Counted from the stretch's first letter, positions 11,017 to 22,955 are shown. The stretch: DNA of 64,000 nucleotides from an uncultured delta proteobacterium (GCA_963747845.1 CAVVGR010000009.1:137865-201864); one strand, 5' to 3'. Numbers and translations are program-made. Notes: a model not told the origin generated them from the sequence alone.

Positions 11017-11403
11017 CTAATGCCACGTCAGCTGATTTTTTACGCCAGTGACGCCCTGTGCCGCCGCCGCAATGTCGCCGGCGTGCTTCGCGTCGCGGGC
11101 CGAGCCGACTACACCACTCAACAACACCTTGCCATGGTCGCAATCGACCGCCACGGGATAGTTGTCGGCGACGCCGTCCTCAGCCAGCGCGTGTTTGACC
11201 TCGGTGATCAGCAGAGCGTCGTTCGCGCGCTCAGCAGGCGAGTTGTAATGATGATCGCTAGCGACATTTACGGTGTCGTGCTCATGCGACACCGAGTCCG
11301 ACGATTCCGATGTCGCCGGGTCTGCGCGGACATTGACGCCAAGCCCAATCAACGAGCCGGCCATCAGTGTCGCCAGGATGATTCTAGCCCGATTAGTTTT
11401 CAT
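11017..11403 (-). CDS. Secreted BON-domain (OsmY-like) protein
   Basis: Signal peptide; DALLITEVKHAL...GKVLLSGVV...GVTGVKNQL. Confidence 0.85.
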   Translation of the reverse strand: MKTNRARIILATLMAGSLIGLGVNVRADPATSESSDSVSHEHDTVNVASDHHYNSPAERANDALLITEVKHALAEDGVADNYPVAVDCDHGKVLLSGVVGSARDAKHAGDIAAAAQGVTGVKNQLTWH

Positions 11404-11420
11404 CAAGGCACTTCTCCCAA

Positions 11421-11710
11421 CTAGTTAGTGGGAGTCACAGTTGTGGATTCACTGTGATGAGAGCTGGAACTGTCCACCGTACCGCCAGCGCTCGACTCAC
11501 TCGAGTTGCTCGCCTTGTCGACCGAAGTGCTGGAGACCGTAGTCGGCGGAAGTACCTGTACGGGAGGGGCTTCCACGACTTGAGGGCCGGCGGTGCGGCG
11601 GTAATGTAATTGGTGCGGTCGACCTCTTTCGTGCTGCTGCCGCATCCGGCAACGCAAGCCAGGGCCGCAACGCTGACAATACTGATTGCTATTCGCTGAA
11701 TTGAATTCAT
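11421..11710 (-). CDS. Small Ser/Thr-rich lipoprotein, frameshifted
   Basis: Lipobox-like VAGC in ORF 11710, continuing into the S/T-rich tail of ORF 11657; GGAGA RBS. Confidence 0.6.
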
Positions 11711-11751
11711 TTTCTCATTCTCTCCGTTAGACTTGGGTGACGAGTGGCGAA

Positions 11752-11967
11752 CTAGTAGCCGTTACTTTGCGTGACCGTGGTCCGCTGTGTCGTGGTCGGA
11801 ACCGGAACGTTGGACTGGGTTGTCGTAGTAGTGCGGGAGACCTCGGTCGTCGGCGCCGGCTCGTCCACCGGCACAAACACGGCGCATGCACTCAGGTACA
11901 TACTACCGAGTAGAAGTATAGTTGAGATATACACTGCTGTAGTCAATGTTGTAGTTGTCACAGTCAT
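11752..11967 (-). CDS. Small Thr-rich lipoprotein
   Basis: Hydrophobic stretch with LSAC lipobox, then Thr-rich tail; start codon uncertain. Confidence 0.5.
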   Translation of the reverse strand: MTVTTTTLTTAVYISTILLLGSMYLSACAVFVPVDEPAPTTEVSRTTTTTQSNVPVPTTTQRTTVTQSNGY

Positions 11968-12107
11968 CAGGCTAGCACGACTAGTAATATAAAGTTTATT
12001 TGGAACGCCGCTTAAGGTTACTAATATAACCAAAGGGACGTATATTCCGATCAGCTAACGCCAATCGAAGATCGCATAACCGCAGGCGAAACTGCTCGCA
12101 GAACTTT

Positions 12108-12142
12108 CACCTAACCTCTCCCGTAAAATAACGGGCGAGGGA
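12108..12142. repeat. REP-like hairpin downstream of ackA
   Basis: CCTAACCTCTCCCGT-AAAATA-ACGGGCGAGGGA. Confidence 0.5.
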
Positions 12143-12162
12143 AGATCAGCGGGAAACTCGAG

Positions 12163-13340
12163 TCAAGTGCCGAAGATCAGCGACCGCGTATGCGTAGCTA
12201 TCATCAGATTCTCGTTGGTCAAGATAACGCGCACCGTGCAGGACGCAGAGCCCTCGCTGATTGTCTCCGCATTGGCCGCGTTGAGGGCCAGGATCCAGCG
12301 CGATTCCAAGGTGCCCGAGGCCGGCGCATACTTCGGCGCGGACTGCGGGTGCGCGCTCGCCTATCCCGCCGGTGAAGACCAGCAGATCGAGGCCGCCCAG
12401 CGCGGCCGCGAATGCGCCAATCTGTTTGCGCAGTTGATAGCAAAACATTTCTATAGCGATGGCCGCCGCCGGCTCGGTTGCGCGCCGATCCAGCAGCGTC
12501 TTCATATCCGAGCTGATGCCGGAGACCCCGAGCAATCCGGCGCGACGACTGACGAGGTCCTCGAGTTGCCGAGCGTCCAGCCCCTTCACGTTCATCAGGT
12601 ACAGCAGGACTCCCGGATCGAGGTCGCCCGTGCGCGTGCCCATCATGAAGCCGCCCGTCGGCGTGAGACCCATCGACGTGTCGATGCCAACGCCGTCGCG
12701 CACCGCGGTCATGCTCGCGCCGTTGCCGAGATGGGCGATAACGATACGCGCCGGACGCGACGGCCCGAGCGCATGCATCACGTACTCGCACGAGATCCCG
12801 TGGAAGCCGTATCGGCGCAGGCCCTCGTCATAGAACGCAGATGGCAGCGCGAAACGCTCTGCGACCTGCGGCATCTTGCGATGGAACGCAGTATCGAAGC
12901 ATGCGACCTGAGGCAGATCGGGAAAGCGGCTTGCGATCGATTGCATGCCGGCGATCGCGCCCGGCAAATGATTCGGCGCAAACGGTATGAGCCGCTCGAG
13001 GTCCGCCATCAGTTCTGGCGTGACCCGCTCAGGCGCGATGTGACTCGCGCCGCCGTGCACTACGCGATGGCCGACGGCGGCGGCCTCGGGCACCGCCTCA
13101 CGTTTCATCGCATCGAACAGGGCTTCGATCGCGTGGCGCGGATCGGGAAAGTCGCGCCGATCTTCAGCGATCGTTTTCCCATCTCCGGCTTGCATTCGCA
13201 GCACGCCGCCGGTGAGTCCGATCCGCTCGACCTCGCCCGCGGCGACGCAGCTTGCCGCCGCGTTCGTAGAGCGAGAACTTGCACGATGACGAGCCGACGT
13301 TAAGGCAGAGGATGGTCTGCTCGCTCGCCAAGATTGTCAC
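12163..13340 (-). CDS. ackA: Acetate kinase, frameshifts near 13255 and 12290
   Basis: ILCLNVGSSSCKF, GHRVVHGG, FDTAFH, RYGFHGIS, HLGNGAS, MGTRTGDLDPG, FTGGIGE, TNENLMIA. Confidence 0.92.
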
Positions 13341-13352
13341 GCGTCCTCGCCG

Positions 13353-15719
13353 CTAGTTCTGATCCCATTTCCAGTTGCGCACTTCGGGCAGGTCTTCGAG
13401 ATGCTCGACCACGTGCTTGCGATGCTTCTCGAGCGCCTCATTGTAATATGCGGTAACCTCGTGCGCCTTGTCGGTGATCCGCGACTGCCGCCGCAGCGCT
13501 TCTATGCATAAGTGATAGCGGCTGGTCCGGTTGAGCACCAGCATATCGAACGGCGTGGTGGTCGTGCCCTCTTCGACGAAGCCGCGCACGTGGAAGCGGT
13601 GAGGATTCGGACGGCCGTGCAGCACCTGGTGAATGGCGCCGGGATAGCCGTGAAAGGCGAAGACAACATGCTTATCCAGGGTAAATAGTTCCTCGAAGTA
13701 AGCTTTCGTCATCCCGTGCGGATGCATATCGGGCGGCCACAAGCGCATCAGGTCGACCAGGTTGACCACCCGCACGCGCAACTCGGGGATGTCTCTGCGC
13801 AACAGCCACGCCGCCGCGATCGTCTCCTCGGTCGCGATATCTCCCGCCGCGCACAGGATGACGTCGGGTTCCTTGCCGTCCTCGGTCCCCGCCCAGCGCC
13901 AGTTCGTCGCGCCCATCGAGCAGTGCTCGCGCGCCGCGTCGATATCGAGCCACACCGGGTGCATCTGCTTATCGATCACGATCAGGTTGATGTAATTTTT
14001 GCTGCGCAAACAATGGTCCGCGACCGACAACAGGCAGTTCGCGTCGGGCGGCAGGTAGATGCGCGAGATCACGCCCTGCTTGGTGACCAGCGTGTCGATG
14101 AAGCCGGGGCCCTGGTGGCTGAAGCCGTTGTGATCGTTGCGCCAGCAGGTGGAAGTGAGCAGGTAGTTGAGCGACGGTATCGGCTTGCGCCACGGCAGCT
14201 CGGTGACGCAGGTCTTCAGCCACTTCGCGTGCTGCGTGACCATCGAATCGACGATCATCGCGAACGCCTCGTAGGTCGCAAACAGCCCGTGGCGGCCGGT
14301 CAGCGTGTAGCCTTCGAGCCAGCCCTGGTGCGAATGCTCGCTCAGCACTTCCATCACACGCCCGTCGGCCGAAACATGATCGTCTTCGGGAATGATGTTG
14401 CTGACGAGGCATCGATTCTCGACTTCGAAGACGTCGCCGAGGCGATTCGAGTTGGTTTCGTCGGGGCAGAACAGGCGGAAGTTACCCTGGCGCGCGTTGC
14501 GTTTGAAAATGTCGCGCAGCATCTTGCCGAGCGGACGGGTCGATTCGACCTGCGCCGAACCCGGCACTTCGAGCGGGATCGCGTAGTCGGCGAACGACGG
14601 GATGTCGAGCGAGATCGTGACGAGGCCGCCGTTGGCGTGCGGGTTGGCGCCCATCCGGCGCCGGCCCTTCGGCGCGATCGCGCGCAGCTCCTCGATCAGC
14701 CGCCCGTTCTCATCGAACAGTTCCTCGGGATGGTAGCTATGCATCCATTCCTCGAGGATGCGCAGATGATCCGGATTCTCGCGCACACCCGACAGCGGCA
14801 CCTGGTGCGCGCGGAAGGTGCCTTCGATCTTCACCTCGTCCACGTATTTCGGCCCGGTCCATCCCTTGGGCGTGCGCAAAACGATCGCGGGCCAGCGCGG
14901 CAGTTGACGCAGGCCGTTGCGCCGCGCTTCGTCCTGCACCGATCGAATCGCGCCGTAACACTGGTCGAGGATCGACGCGAACTCCTGATGCATCATCATC
15001 GGATCGTCGCCCTCGAGGAAATGCACATCGTAACCGTGCCCCTCGAGCAGCTTGCGGATGTCTTCGTCGCTGCAGCGGGCGAGCACGGTCGGACCTGCAA
15101 TCTTGTAGCCGTTGAGATGCAGAATCGGCAGCACGGCGCCATCGCGCACCGGATTGAGAAACTTGATCCCCTTCCATCCGCCTTCGAGCGGCGCGGTCTC
15201 GGCCTCACCGTCGCCAATCACGCACGCGACCAGCAGCTTCGGATTGTCAAACGCCGCGCCGAACGCATGCACCAGCGAGTAGCCGAGTTCGCCGCCTTCG
15301 TGAATCGATCCCGGAACATGCGGACCCGCGTGACTCGGCACGCCACCGGGCGAAGAAAATTGCATGAACAGCCGGCGCATTCCGCGAATGTCCTGCGTGA
15401 CTTTCGGGTTGACCTCCGTGTACGAGCCTTCGAGCCAGGTATGCGAAGTGAGCGACGGGCCGCCGTGGCCAGGGCCCGAGATATAGATTACGTCGGCGTC
15501 GCGCTCGCAAATCAGCCGGTTCAGGTGGACGTAAATGAAATTCTGACCCGGCGAAGTTCCCCAGTGCCCGAGCAGGCGCGGCTTTATATGCTCGACGCGC
15601 AGCGGCTCGCGCAGCAAAGGATTGTCGCGCAGATAAATTTGACCGACCGTCAAATAGTTCGACGCGCGCCAGTACGCATCGACCAGTCCCAGCATCCGAT
15701 CATCGAGCGTGTTTGCCAT
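13353..15719 (-). CDS. xfp: Phosphoketolase (Xfp/Xpk)
   Basis: [45 protein letters not shown]. Confidence 0.95.
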   Translation of the reverse strand: MANTLDDRMLGLVDAYWRASNYLTVGQIYLRDNPLLREPLRVEHIKPRLLGHWGTSPGQNFIYVHLNRLICERDADVIYISGPGHGGPSLTSHTWLEGSYTEVNPKVTQDIRGMRRLFMQFSSPGGVPSHAGPHVPGSIHEGGELGYSLVHAFGAAFDNPKLLVACVIGDGEAETAPLEGGWKGIKFLNPVRDGAVLPILHLNGYKIAGPTVLARCSDEDIRKLLEGHGYDVHFLEGDDPMMMHQEFASILDQCYGAIRSVQDEARRNGLRQLPRWPAIVLRTPKGWTGPKYVDEVKIEGTFRAHQVPLSGVRENPDHLRILEEWMHSYHPEELFDENGRLIEELRAIAPKGRRRMGANPHANGGLVTISLDIPSFADYAIPLEVPGSAQVESTRPLGKMLRDIFKRNARQGNFRLFCPDETNSNRLGDVFEVENRCLVSNIIPEDDHVSADGRVMEVLSEHSHQGWLEGYTLTGRHGLFATYEAFAMIVDSMVTQHAKWLKTCVTELPWRKPIPSLNYLLTSTCWRNDHNGFSHQGPGFIDTLVTKQGVISRIYLPPDANCLLSVADHCLRSKNYINLIVIDKQMHPVWLDIDAAREHCSMGATNWRWAGTEDGKEPDVILCAAGDIATEETIAAAWLLRRDIPELRVRVVNLVDLMRLWPPDMHPHGMTKAYFEELFTLDKHVVFAFHGYPGAIHQVLHGRPNPHRFHVRGFVEEGTTTTPFDMLVLNRTSRYHLCIEALRRQSRITDKAHEVTAYYNEALEKHRKHVVEHLEDLPEVRNWKWDQN

Positions 15720-15778
15720 GTGTCACCTCGCGGCGATGAAAACAGAGGTTGCCCGCGCAGGATCAAATCATAAGAGCG

Positions 15779-16568
15779 CTACGTGACGTAAGGACGGGTG
15801 CGGTCGGACGAGCCTGGTATCAGCGATCCTGAGCCGCAAATCCCAGGGCGTATGCGCACTAGCGCGAGGGCGGCGGGCAGCGCCAGCGATCTCATGCCGA
15901 AGCTGGCCTCGGCGAATGCGCCGATTGCGCAGCCGGCGGCGAAACCGATGATTACGGGCAAGTATGCGGAAAACATTCTGACGCGCTTCGGCGACAGCGG
16001 CCGGATTGTCGCCGCTCCACAACTCGCCGATATCCATTGCGAAGCGCGTGACGTTGCTCGTCATCGCGGCGGTCGAAGGTGCTCCCTTGACCGAGAATTG
16101 CACGAGCGCGTTTTGCACCGCCATCGCCGCGACGCCGAGCATGCCCGCGATGATCGCGTTGGTCCCGGTCGGGTCGATACGCGGGCCGGCCGCGATGCAG
16201 AGCGCGAGAAAGCCGGCAATCAGGATGAACTGAAGCAGCAGCAGCGGACGAAGTGTGGCGACGCCCATCGATTCGAGGCGGCCCGCCACAACTCTGGTCA
16301 GGATGATCACGATGATGAAGACCGGAACCGACAGCATCGGCGCGATCGTCGCCGGGTCGTGGACGACGACGTGCGCGGCCAGGATTACCAGGTTGCCAGT
16401 GATGTGTGCGGTGAAAAGTCCGTCGAGCCCGAGAAAGCTGATGACGTCGGTGCTTCCGGCGATGAAGCTCAGCAGGACCAGCAGCGCCAGCACCGCGCGC
16501 GAATCGATCAATGGCTTTGAGACCGGCGCGCTGGATCTTGCCGGTGGAGTTCCGTGTGAATCTGGCAT
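15779..16568 (-). CDS. YoaK/DUF1275 family membrane protein, frameshift near 15965
   Basis: AGSTDVISFLGLDGLFTAHITGN, AMAVQNA, TAAMTSNVT. Confidence 0.8.
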
Positions 16569-16623
16569 CGTGTCCCTTCGCTGCGCAATTGTCGCGAGCA
16601 AAGATAGCGTGTCAGGATAGCGC

Positions 16624-17367
16624 GTGATGATCGAGACCGAGATCCTGGGCAGCCTGCTATTGCTCATCGTGCTCGAGATTGTCCTCGGCATCGACAACCT
16701 CGTCTTCATCGCGATCCTTGCCGACCGTCTGCCCGCGCGGCAGCGGGTACAGGCGCGCCGGATCGGCCTCGCGCTGGCGCTGGTCGCGCGAATGGCGCTG
16801 CTCGCGACCATCGGCTGGATGATGGATTTGACGCAGCCGGTTTTCTTCGTCGGCGATCACGGCGTCTCGTGGCGCGACGTGATTCTCATCGGCGGCGGAC
16901 TCTTTCTGCTCTACAAGGCCGCGCATGGAATCAGCGAGCAACTCGAAGGTGCGCACGACGCTGATGCCGAGCAGTCCGGCGCGCGACCGACGCTGCGCCG
17001 CGTGATCATTCAAATCGTCATGCTCGACCTGGTGTTCTCAATCGACAGCGTGATCACCGCGGTCGGCACGGTGGATGAAATCTGGGTGATGGTCGTCGCG
17101 GTGATGGTCGCGATCGCAACCATGCTGATGGTGGCGGCGACGATCGCCGAGTTCATCAATCGGCATCCGTCGATCAAAATGCTGGCGCTGGGATTCCTGC
17201 TCCTGATCGGGATGAACCTGCTGGCCGAGGGCGGCGGCTTTCACATCCCCAAGGGGTACATCTACTCGGCGATGGCGTTCGCAGCATTGATCGAGGCGAT
17301 GAACCTGGTGGCGCGCCGCGGCAAGACTGCACCGGCGCGAAAGCGCTCGCGATCCGCTCGCCGTTAA
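16624..17367 (+). CDS. TerC family membrane protein
   Basis: LEIVLGIDNLVFI, LDLVFSIDSVITAVG, HIPKGYIYSAM. Confidence 0.9.
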   Translation: MMIETEILGSLLLLIVLEIVLGIDNLVFIAILADRLPARQRVQARRIGLALALVARMALLATIGWMMDLTQPVFFVGDHGVSWRDVILIGGGLFLLYKAAHGISEQLEGAHDADAEQSGARPTLRRVIIQIVMLDLVFSIDSVITAVGTVDEIWVMVVAVMVAIATMLMVAATIAEFINRHPSIKMLALGFLLLIGMNLLAEGGGFHIPKGYIYSAMAFAALIEAMNLVARRGKTAPARKRSRSARR

Positions 17368-17386
17368 TCCGCTAGCCGCGCCAACC

Positions 17387-18782
17387 TCAGTTGTGATTGT
17401 ACCCGCCCGCCTCGTTCTCGGTGAGCGGCCGCGAGACCGGATGCTTTTCGAACATCGCAATCGAGCGGCGAATGTCTTCCAGTAGAAGGTCGCCCAGATC
17501 GCGGCTCACTCCGTGGCGGACCAGGATTCGCTGGATCACGAGATCCTCGCGATTCGGCGGCATCGAGTACGCCGGCACCTGCCATCCTCGCGCCCGCAGC
17601 CGATCGGAAAGATCGTAGAGCGTGAAGCCGTGGTCGACGCCCTCTTTGAGCTTCCAGCAAACCGCGGGAATTCCGCCATGCCCGTCATGGATCATCTGGA
17701 ATGGTCCCATCCGCTCGATCTCGGCCGCGAGGTGCTGCGCGGTCTGGTAACAGGAGTTCTGGATTTTCCGATAACCTTCGAAACCCAGCCGCAGAAAATT
17801 GTAGTACTGGCAAACGACTTGACCGGCCGGGCGCGAAAAGTTCAGCGCAAAGGTCGGCATGTCTCCGCCCAGGTAGTTGACGCTGAAAATGAGATCTTCC
17901 GGCAGGTCCGCGTGGTCGCGCCACACTATCCAGCCCACACCCAGCGGCGCCAGGCCAAACTTGTGTCCCGAAGTGTTGATCGACTTGACTCGCGGCAGGC
18001 GAAAATCCCACGCGAGGTCGGGCTCGCAAAACGGCGCAAGAAAACCGCCGCTGGCCGCATCGATGTGCATCGGAATATCCAGTCCGGTGTTCTTCTGGAG
18101 CTTGTCCAGCGCGTGCGCGATTTCCTGTATCGGCTCGTACTGACAGCACATCGTCACGCCAAGCGTCGGTACGACCATGATGGTATTTTCGTCGCATCGC
18201 GCGAGCACCTGCTCCGGGCCCCATCAGGAACCTGTCGCCTTCGACCGGGACCTCGCGCACCTCGACGTCGAAGTAGCGGCCGAACTTGTGCCAGCAGACT
18301 TGCACCGCACCGCAAACGAGGTTCGGCTTGTCAGTGGGTTTGCCCTCGGCCTTCATCTTTGCCCGCCAGCGCCATTTCGCCGCGAGGCCACCGAGCATCG
18401 CCGCTTCGCTGGAGCCGGTGGTCGAGCAGCCGATGGTGTTCAAGCCGTCGGGCGAATTCCAAAGATCGGCGAGAATATGAACGCAGCGAGCCTCGATCTC
18501 CGCGGTCTGCGGATACTCGTCCTTGTCGCACATATTTTTGTCGATGCACTCGGCCATCAGCGCCTGCACCTCGGGTTCCATCCAGGTGGTGCAAAAGGTC
18601 GCAAGGTTTTGCCGCGAATTGCCATCAAGCAGCAGCTCATCGTGGATAAGCGCGTAAGCGGTTCGCGGCGAGCGCTCCTCGCGCGGAATCTGATGTTTTG
18701 GAACCGACAGCGAAGGATCGTTGGAAGCATGGATAACGTCGAGCATCTTCCGATCGGGGTTATGCTTTTTGTGAAGTGACAT
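17387..18782 (-). CDS. gadB: Glutamate decarboxylase, frameshift near 18220
   Basis: [47 protein letters not shown] lysine [11 protein letters not shown]. Confidence 0.92.
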
Positions 18783-18841
18783 TCTATTTTCTCCAAAGTT
18801 TATGTGGAGCGCGGCTGCTGCGATGCACGAAGCCGCGTCGA

Positions 18842-19542
18842 TCAGAACGTGACAAGCTTACCGACTAACTCAGCTCCCGCAACATGGGCCAGCACGCTGT
18901 AGCCGTCCCAGACAATCTGGATGCCGATGCAGAACAGGATGAAAGCCGACAGCCGCACCAGGACGTTGGTGCCCTGCACGCCGAGCGCTTCGACCGGTTC
19001 CTCGGCGAATCGGTAGCACACATATATCGTCACGGCGGTCGCGATGACGCCAGCGATCGCCGCGCCGCCGAGTATTGCGAGCTGGGTCAGCGCGCCTCGC
19101 GGCGTGGTCAAGTCCCCGCTCGGCCGCTGGCTGCCGAGCGTGACGGCTACTGCGATCGAGCCGGGCCGACCGTGATCGGCATCGTGAGCGGATAAAACGC
19201 GTCGGTCGGTATGACAGGCTTGTGGGCGCTCCGCTCGTCGTCCCCATCGCCTGCCTGCAGCAGGTTCCAACCGGTGGCAGCCACGATGAGTCCGCCGGCG
19301 ACCCGCAGTATCGGCAAGGTGATGCCGAAGAACTCGAGCACGTATGAACCTACCAGCAGCGAACCGAGCAGCAGGAAGAAGCTGTTGGTCGCCACTCGAA
19401 GCGCAAGTGCGTTGCGTTCCGGGTCGGTGCAGTGTCGGGTCAGGCCGAGGAAAATCGGCGCGCCGCCGATAGGGTTGATGATCGGGAACAAGCCGACGTA
19501 AACGAGAAGAAAAGCATTAGCAGCACTGTAAACGGAGTTCAT
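18842..19542 (-). CDS. MarC family membrane protein, frameshift near 19160
   Basis: [42 protein letters not shown]. Confidence 0.88.
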
Positions 19543-20010
19543 GCGCGCCCAATCCTGGCCTCGCGCGACGCCGCAAGCGCAGCGCGAGGCGGAAATTCAA
19601 TCATCGGTCCCGCAGCAGTATGACATCAGAAGCACGCACAAGCGCGCATCCGGCAAAGATTAACGGGAATTTCACAGCTCCACTATGGCCAGTCAGCCAA
19701 AGTTTGTACCGACTGTGCGTAAACAGATCTTCGATGTTCGACTGAAGAGTCCGCCGCGCGCCTGCGCCACGAGGCGGTCTAGCGATCCTTTATGGGCTGC
19801 GCGAAACTTCAGACTGCCTGCTAAATTCAAGGGGTACTTGACTTATCGCGAGACGAAGTCAGAGGTTCGCGCGAAATGATCGGAACGGGGGGATTCCGAA
19901 TGTCACCGATTGGGGTCAACCAAAGCGTTGCACCGGATAGGGTGGGGTGTCTCAGCAACTCCAAAGCGATCTCTCAGCCGCTACCACATAGACGCGACGC
20001 GATCGCGACG

Positions 20011-20484
20011 ATGCGCGCGACGCGAGCGTGGATTGCCGCGGGCCTGCTTCTCCTGAGTGCTTGCTCAACGCAAACGGTCGACCAGGGTTCGTACTACCGG
20101 ACTGAACAGACCCAATTAAGCTTGCAAAGTAGTCCGTCCGGCAGCGTCAATATTGACAACCGCTACGTTGGAGTGACTCCGCTTTTATATCCGTTGCAGT
20201 ACGAACAGGAGGTCGTGCGCAGCACCAAGAAAGTCACTCTGTGGGACACCCAACCCGGCTTGGCCATGTTCCTGACCCTGATCAGTCTTGGAGTCTATTT
20301 GCCCTTCAGTGCGATTCCGGTTGATTCGGAAACGACGCTGGAGCCGCAAGAAGTTTATCGCAACAACCATTTTGAGATCACACTCCAAGCTCCCGGATAT
20401 GAGCAATGGAAGCACGAACTGGACCTTAAGGGTGAAAAGACTCAGGAACTTCAAGCGCAACTGGTGAGGAAGGTCGAACAATAG
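20011..20484 (+). CDS. PEGA-domain-like lipoprotein
   Basis: LSAC lipobox; LQSSPSGSVNIDNRYVGVTPL...ITLQAPGYEQW. Confidence 0.65.
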   Translation: MRATRAWIAAGLLLLSACSTQTVDQGSYYRTEQTQLSLQSSPSGSVNIDNRYVGVTPLLYPLQYEQEVVRSTKKVTLWDTQPGLAMFLTLISLGVYLPFSAIPVDSETTLEPQEVYRNNHFEITLQAPGYEQWKHELDLKGEKTQELQAQLVRKVEQ

Positions 20485-20510
20485 ACGACTCAACTTCGAG
20501 GACAGCCGCC

Positions 20511-21053
20511 ATGACTGGATTCGCGTGGTTACCGAAGCACCTGTTAGCGTCGTGCCTGCTCTTTAGTCTGGCGATCGTAAGTTGCGGATGCGGCTCGGTG
20601 AGCCACAGTGCGGAATTTGAGCCGACCTTTGTGCCCAAGGCCGACACCCGCATCGAAGTCGGCCCGGTGACCAATGAAACCGGCAAGACCTTTGACGTCG
20701 ATCTGCAGCAGATGTTCACCGACGCGCTCAGTGAACAATTGCAAGGCGAAAATTTGCTCTGGACGAAAGGCCAGCAGGGCGACCATCTGATCATTGCCAC
20801 CAAGATCGTCGAATACGACGAGGGCGACGCGTTCAAGCGATGGTTGCTTCCCGGATGGGGTAGCACGGTAATCACGCTTCATTGCGAGCTGAAGGACAGC
20901 GTCAGTGGAAAACTGGTCGGATCAGTCGATGCGCATCGGACCGTGTCGTTTGGCGGTGCCTATACCATTGGAGCGTGGAAAACGATCTTCGCCAGCGTCG
21001 CGAAGGATGTCGTCAAGGAACTGCGCGCGCAGATTCCGTCAGCAACCGGGTGA
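20511..21053 (+). CDS. DUF4410-like lipoprotein
   Basis: Signal peptide with Cys; IVEYDEGDAFKRWLLPGWG pattern. Confidence 0.65.
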   Translation: MTGFAWLPKHLLASCLLFSLAIVSCGCGSVSHSAEFEPTFVPKADTRIEVGPVTNETGKTFDVDLQQMFTDALSEQLQGENLLWTKGQQGDHLIIATKIVEYDEGDAFKRWLLPGWGSTVITLHCELKDSVSGKLVGSVDAHRTVSFGGAYTIGAWKTIFASVAKDVVKELRAQIPSATG

Positions 21054-21133
21054 ACCGCAGAAGTAAATCCAGGGCGACCCAAGCCATTCGCGGTAGACTT
21101 TGGAATCGCCGAGGTGCCGCGTCCTATCAACCT

Positions 21134-21763
21134 TCACAGTGACAGGTGCGGCGAGAGTTGTAGGTGACTGCGAAGAACTTCCAGCGACAGGGATACAATT
21201 CTTTCAATGAGATCATCTCCGATGCGATTGTTTCGACGCAGCGCCGCATCGGCAAGGGCGTTCGTGACTGCGAGCATGTCGTCAGCCGCGGCGGAAAGTT
21301 TGGTGAGTGAGGATCGAGGGATCTTCGCCTTAAGAAATTGCGCACCTTGCGCCGCCAGTTCGCGATAGATGGCCGCGCCCTCCTCCTCGTCCAGTCCCAG
21401 GTGAGCTTCAAGCGCATCGAGCGCCCGCGCGAAACGAGGACGCGCGGCGTCGCTTTGAAGGGCGGCATTGACAAGAAGATGCAGTCCTTCCCTTAATGAA
21501 AGTCCTTGCGCCGCTTCCACAGCGCTCGCGATACGCTCTACCAGAGCGCTTCTAACAGCGCGGCTCAGCGCCGCCGCGATCGCATTCTTATCAGGATAGT
21601 ATTGGTACAGCGTGCCGATACTGACCCCAGCCCGCTCGGCTATGGCATTGGTCGTGAAGCCATCGCTTCCATCACGCTCCAAAACCTGAGCCGCGCCCTC
21701 AAGGATGGCGGCCACCGTGGCAATCGAACGCTTCTGAATCGGCTGTTTCCGAGGCGTTAGCAC
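21134..21763 (-). CDS. TetR/AcrR family regulator
   Basis: PRKQPIQKRSIATVAAILEGAAQVL...FTTNAIAERAGVSIGTLYQYYPDK. Confidence 0.9.
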   Translation of the reverse strand: MLTPRKQPIQKRSIATVAAILEGAAQVLERDGSDGFTTNAIAERAGVSIGTLYQYYPDKNAIAAALSRAVRSALVERIASAVEAAQGLSLREGLHLLVNAALQSDAARPRFARALDALEAHLGLDEEEGAAIYRELAAQGAQFLKAKIPRSSLTKLSAAADDMLAVTNALADAALRRNNRIGDDLIERIVSLSLEVLRSHLQLSPHLSL

Positions 21764-21867
21764 GTCATCTGCTCCACCAAAATTCGCACAACAAAATGCG
21801 AGTTGTGAAACTGAAAAATAGCTCATATTTTATTTCAGCGCGAGCATTTTGAAGCCCCCGAGGAGAA

Positions 21868-22551
21868 ATGCCGATGTCCACGCCGTTATTGAGACCGAAT
21901 TTCGCACCGAAAGTTCAAGCAGTACTTGAGCACCTGTACAACGACGCAATCACAACAGACTTGCCCATGCTGCAGGCGGCCGGAGAACAAGGGCTGGACG
22001 ACAGTGATCCGGGTTTCTACGAGAAGATGAGCGGAGTGTATCTGCCGGTGCTGCCGGATTTTGGCACATTTTTGTATCTCGTCGCTCGGATATCGCACGC
22101 TCGATCGATCGTCGAGTTCGGAACGTCATTTGGCATTTCCACAATATTCATGGCGGCGGCGTTGCAGGATAATGGCGGGGGCAAAATCATCACGACAGAA
22201 TTTCAACCGAACAAGGCCGAACAAGCGCATCGAAATCTCGTTGCCGCCGGCCTGGACGAATGGGTCGAAATTCGCAAGGGCGATGCGCTCGAAAGCCTTC
22301 GGACGAACCTGCCGGAGCGCGTGGACCTGTTATTCCTCGACGGTACCAAGGCGCATTATCTGCCGATATGCAGATTGCTCGCTCCACGCCTTGCGAGCGG
22401 CAGCATCATCATCAGCGACAATAGCGAGAAAGAATCGGCGGCCGATTACCTGGCGTACATTCGTGATCCGGCCAACGGATTCATAGGCTGCTCGATACTG
22501 ACCTCCGTTCTCGGCTATCAAAACGGGCAAGAGATTCTGATGAAAAGGTAA
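21868..22551 (+). CDS. Class I SAM-dependent O-methyltransferase (Methyltransf_3/24)
   Basis: IVEFGTSFGISTIFMA, GDALESL, LLFLDG.K..Y; divergent from tetR. Confidence 0.88.
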   Translation: MPMSTPLLRPNFAPKVQAVLEHLYNDAITTDLPMLQAAGEQGLDDSDPGFYEKMSGVYLPVLPDFGTFLYLVARISHARSIVEFGTSFGISTIFMAAALQDNGGGKIITTEFQPNKAEQAHRNLVAAGLDEWVEIRKGDALESLRTNLPERVDLLFLDGTKAHYLPICRLLAPRLASGSIIISDNSEKESAADYLAYIRDPANGFIGCSILTSVLGYQNGQEILMKR

Positions 22552-22633
22552 GTTGTGCCGAGCTGCCGTGACCGCTTGCGATTTTGCGTCCGTCTATTTT
22601 TTGCTCCCGATGCCGCGAAGGCGACCTGCTTCC

Positions 22634-22670
22634 CGGCGGAGGGGGGGAGATTCGAACCCTCGAGACCCTT
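22634..22670 (-). repeat. Degenerate tRNA-Ser 3'-half copy (att-like remnant)
   Basis: CGGCGGAGGGGGGGAGATTCGAACCCTCGAG resembles CGGCGGAGGGGGTGGGATTCGAACCCACGAG at the 3' end of tRNA-Ser (25813). Confidence 0.7.
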
Positions 22671-22955
22671 CACGATTCGGTGGGCAGAATTCGGGCCCGA
22701 ACTTGGCTGACTTATTCGCAGGGAAAAAGCATCTATTCGGCTATACGCGACGACTTCGCAAAAGCGATTCACGACACTCGAAACAAAAAGCGACCGAACT
22801 CGGTCGAGTCCGGTCGCTGATCTCGCCGCAATCGCTACTTCTTGGATTTTGTTTTCTTCGCGCGCGCGGCCAAGCCGTAGCGCTTAGCGAAACACTTCCT
22901 GCATCGGCGATCCCGGCGCTTGATGAAACTCGGCGCGCCCGCACCAGCATCGCGA

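Noticed and set aside
13716-15773. 685-aa ORF on the + strand opposite xfp, and similar long antisense ORFs opposite ilvD, FAH and the ABC genes, plus the alternate-frame ORF within nadE
   Set aside because: Shadow ORFs expected from high-GC codon bias; no recognisable motifs, and the overlapping gene is a well-known protein
22634-22670. A fourth functional tRNA
   Set aside because: Only the T-arm and acceptor 3' strand are present; no D-arm or anticodon arm
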